Source: Oscillatoriales cyanobacterium PMM_0019
GTDB lineage: Bacteria; Cyanobacteriota; Cyanobacteriia; Cyanobacteriales; CASBRB01
Assembly: GCA_949127975.1 (NCBI GenBank)
Contig: CASBRB010000229.1
Coordinates: forward strand, 1 to 49,435
Direction: 5' to 3'
DNA length: 49,435 bases
Part shown: in pieces, positions 49,096-49,435 of the stretch
Numbering within the stretch: position 1 is the stretch's first letter
Layout: each line of letters begins with the position of its first letter
The notes under the pieces: model-generated
Seen by the model: the letters and a program-made list of their open reading frames with translations, nothing else
The model's database searches: none
Told to the model about the DNA's origin: nothing
Program-made: the position numbers and the translations under genes

Positions 49096-49232
49096 CAGGA
49101 CTTACGCACTGTCTCTATAATATAGAGGTTTTGTAGGGGCAAACCCCCCGTGGTTGCCCCCTATATATAGCGGGTTCGTAGGGGCAAACCCCCTGTGGTT
49201 GCCCCTATATATGCCAGTGTGCGTAAGTCCTG
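49096..49232. mobile_element. Complete CAGGACTTACGCA MITE with 5-bp TSD ATCAA and two REP units
   Basis: atcaa|caggacttacgca...tgcgtaagtcctg|atcaa. Confidence 0.88.
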
Positions 49233-49435
49233 ATCAATCCCGATTCTGGAGAAAATTTTTATGAGAGAGTTGGATCGCAAAAAAGCCATGTATTTTTTTA
49301 CCTATAGAGATTTTATCATTGAGTTTTACCCAGATCAGCTGCTAAATGGTGATTCTATATTGCGCATGGTCTGCATAAATACTCAAGTATTACCATACTG
49401 CGCTCAAGACCTGTGGTACACCGAAGATATGTGGC

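Noticed and set aside
49261-49435. ORF running off the window end (MRELDRKKAMYFFTYRDFIIEF...)
   Set aside because: Too short and incomplete to assign

Overview
Chromosomal window from a filamentous cyanobacterium (many HIP1 GCGATCGC sites; tftA, sigE, patD). Core genes (REC-GGDEF cyclase, tftA, argD, K+ channel, sigE, priA, nadA, tRNA-Ser, relA/spoT, patD, ABC ATPase) alternate with accessory genes set in dense GTAG-type REP hairpins and several MITE families. Main points: (1) a class II lanthipeptide locus with a CCG-motif LanM, one Nif11-leader precursor (35-aa core, 5 Thr/4 Cys) and a secreted S8 protease but no LanT in the window, plus an unannotated double-glycine precursor relic (SDRELELVVGG|LNPQPLPPGRYLSAS) upstream; (2) a Dnd-associated module downstream of tRNA-Ser (SF2 helicase, small protein, CxC-hinge SMC-like ATPase, dnd-associated protein 4) with no dndA-E and no evident nuclease in the window; (3) a tnpB-only IS200/IS605 element at 9514-10921 that splits a GNAT gene, which precise excision would restore in frame; (4) an HNH-like protein with a hydrophobic C-terminal half; (5) nested REP-in-MITE structures, some supplying stop codons to genes. 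All family assignments come from motif recognition by eye; no searches were run.
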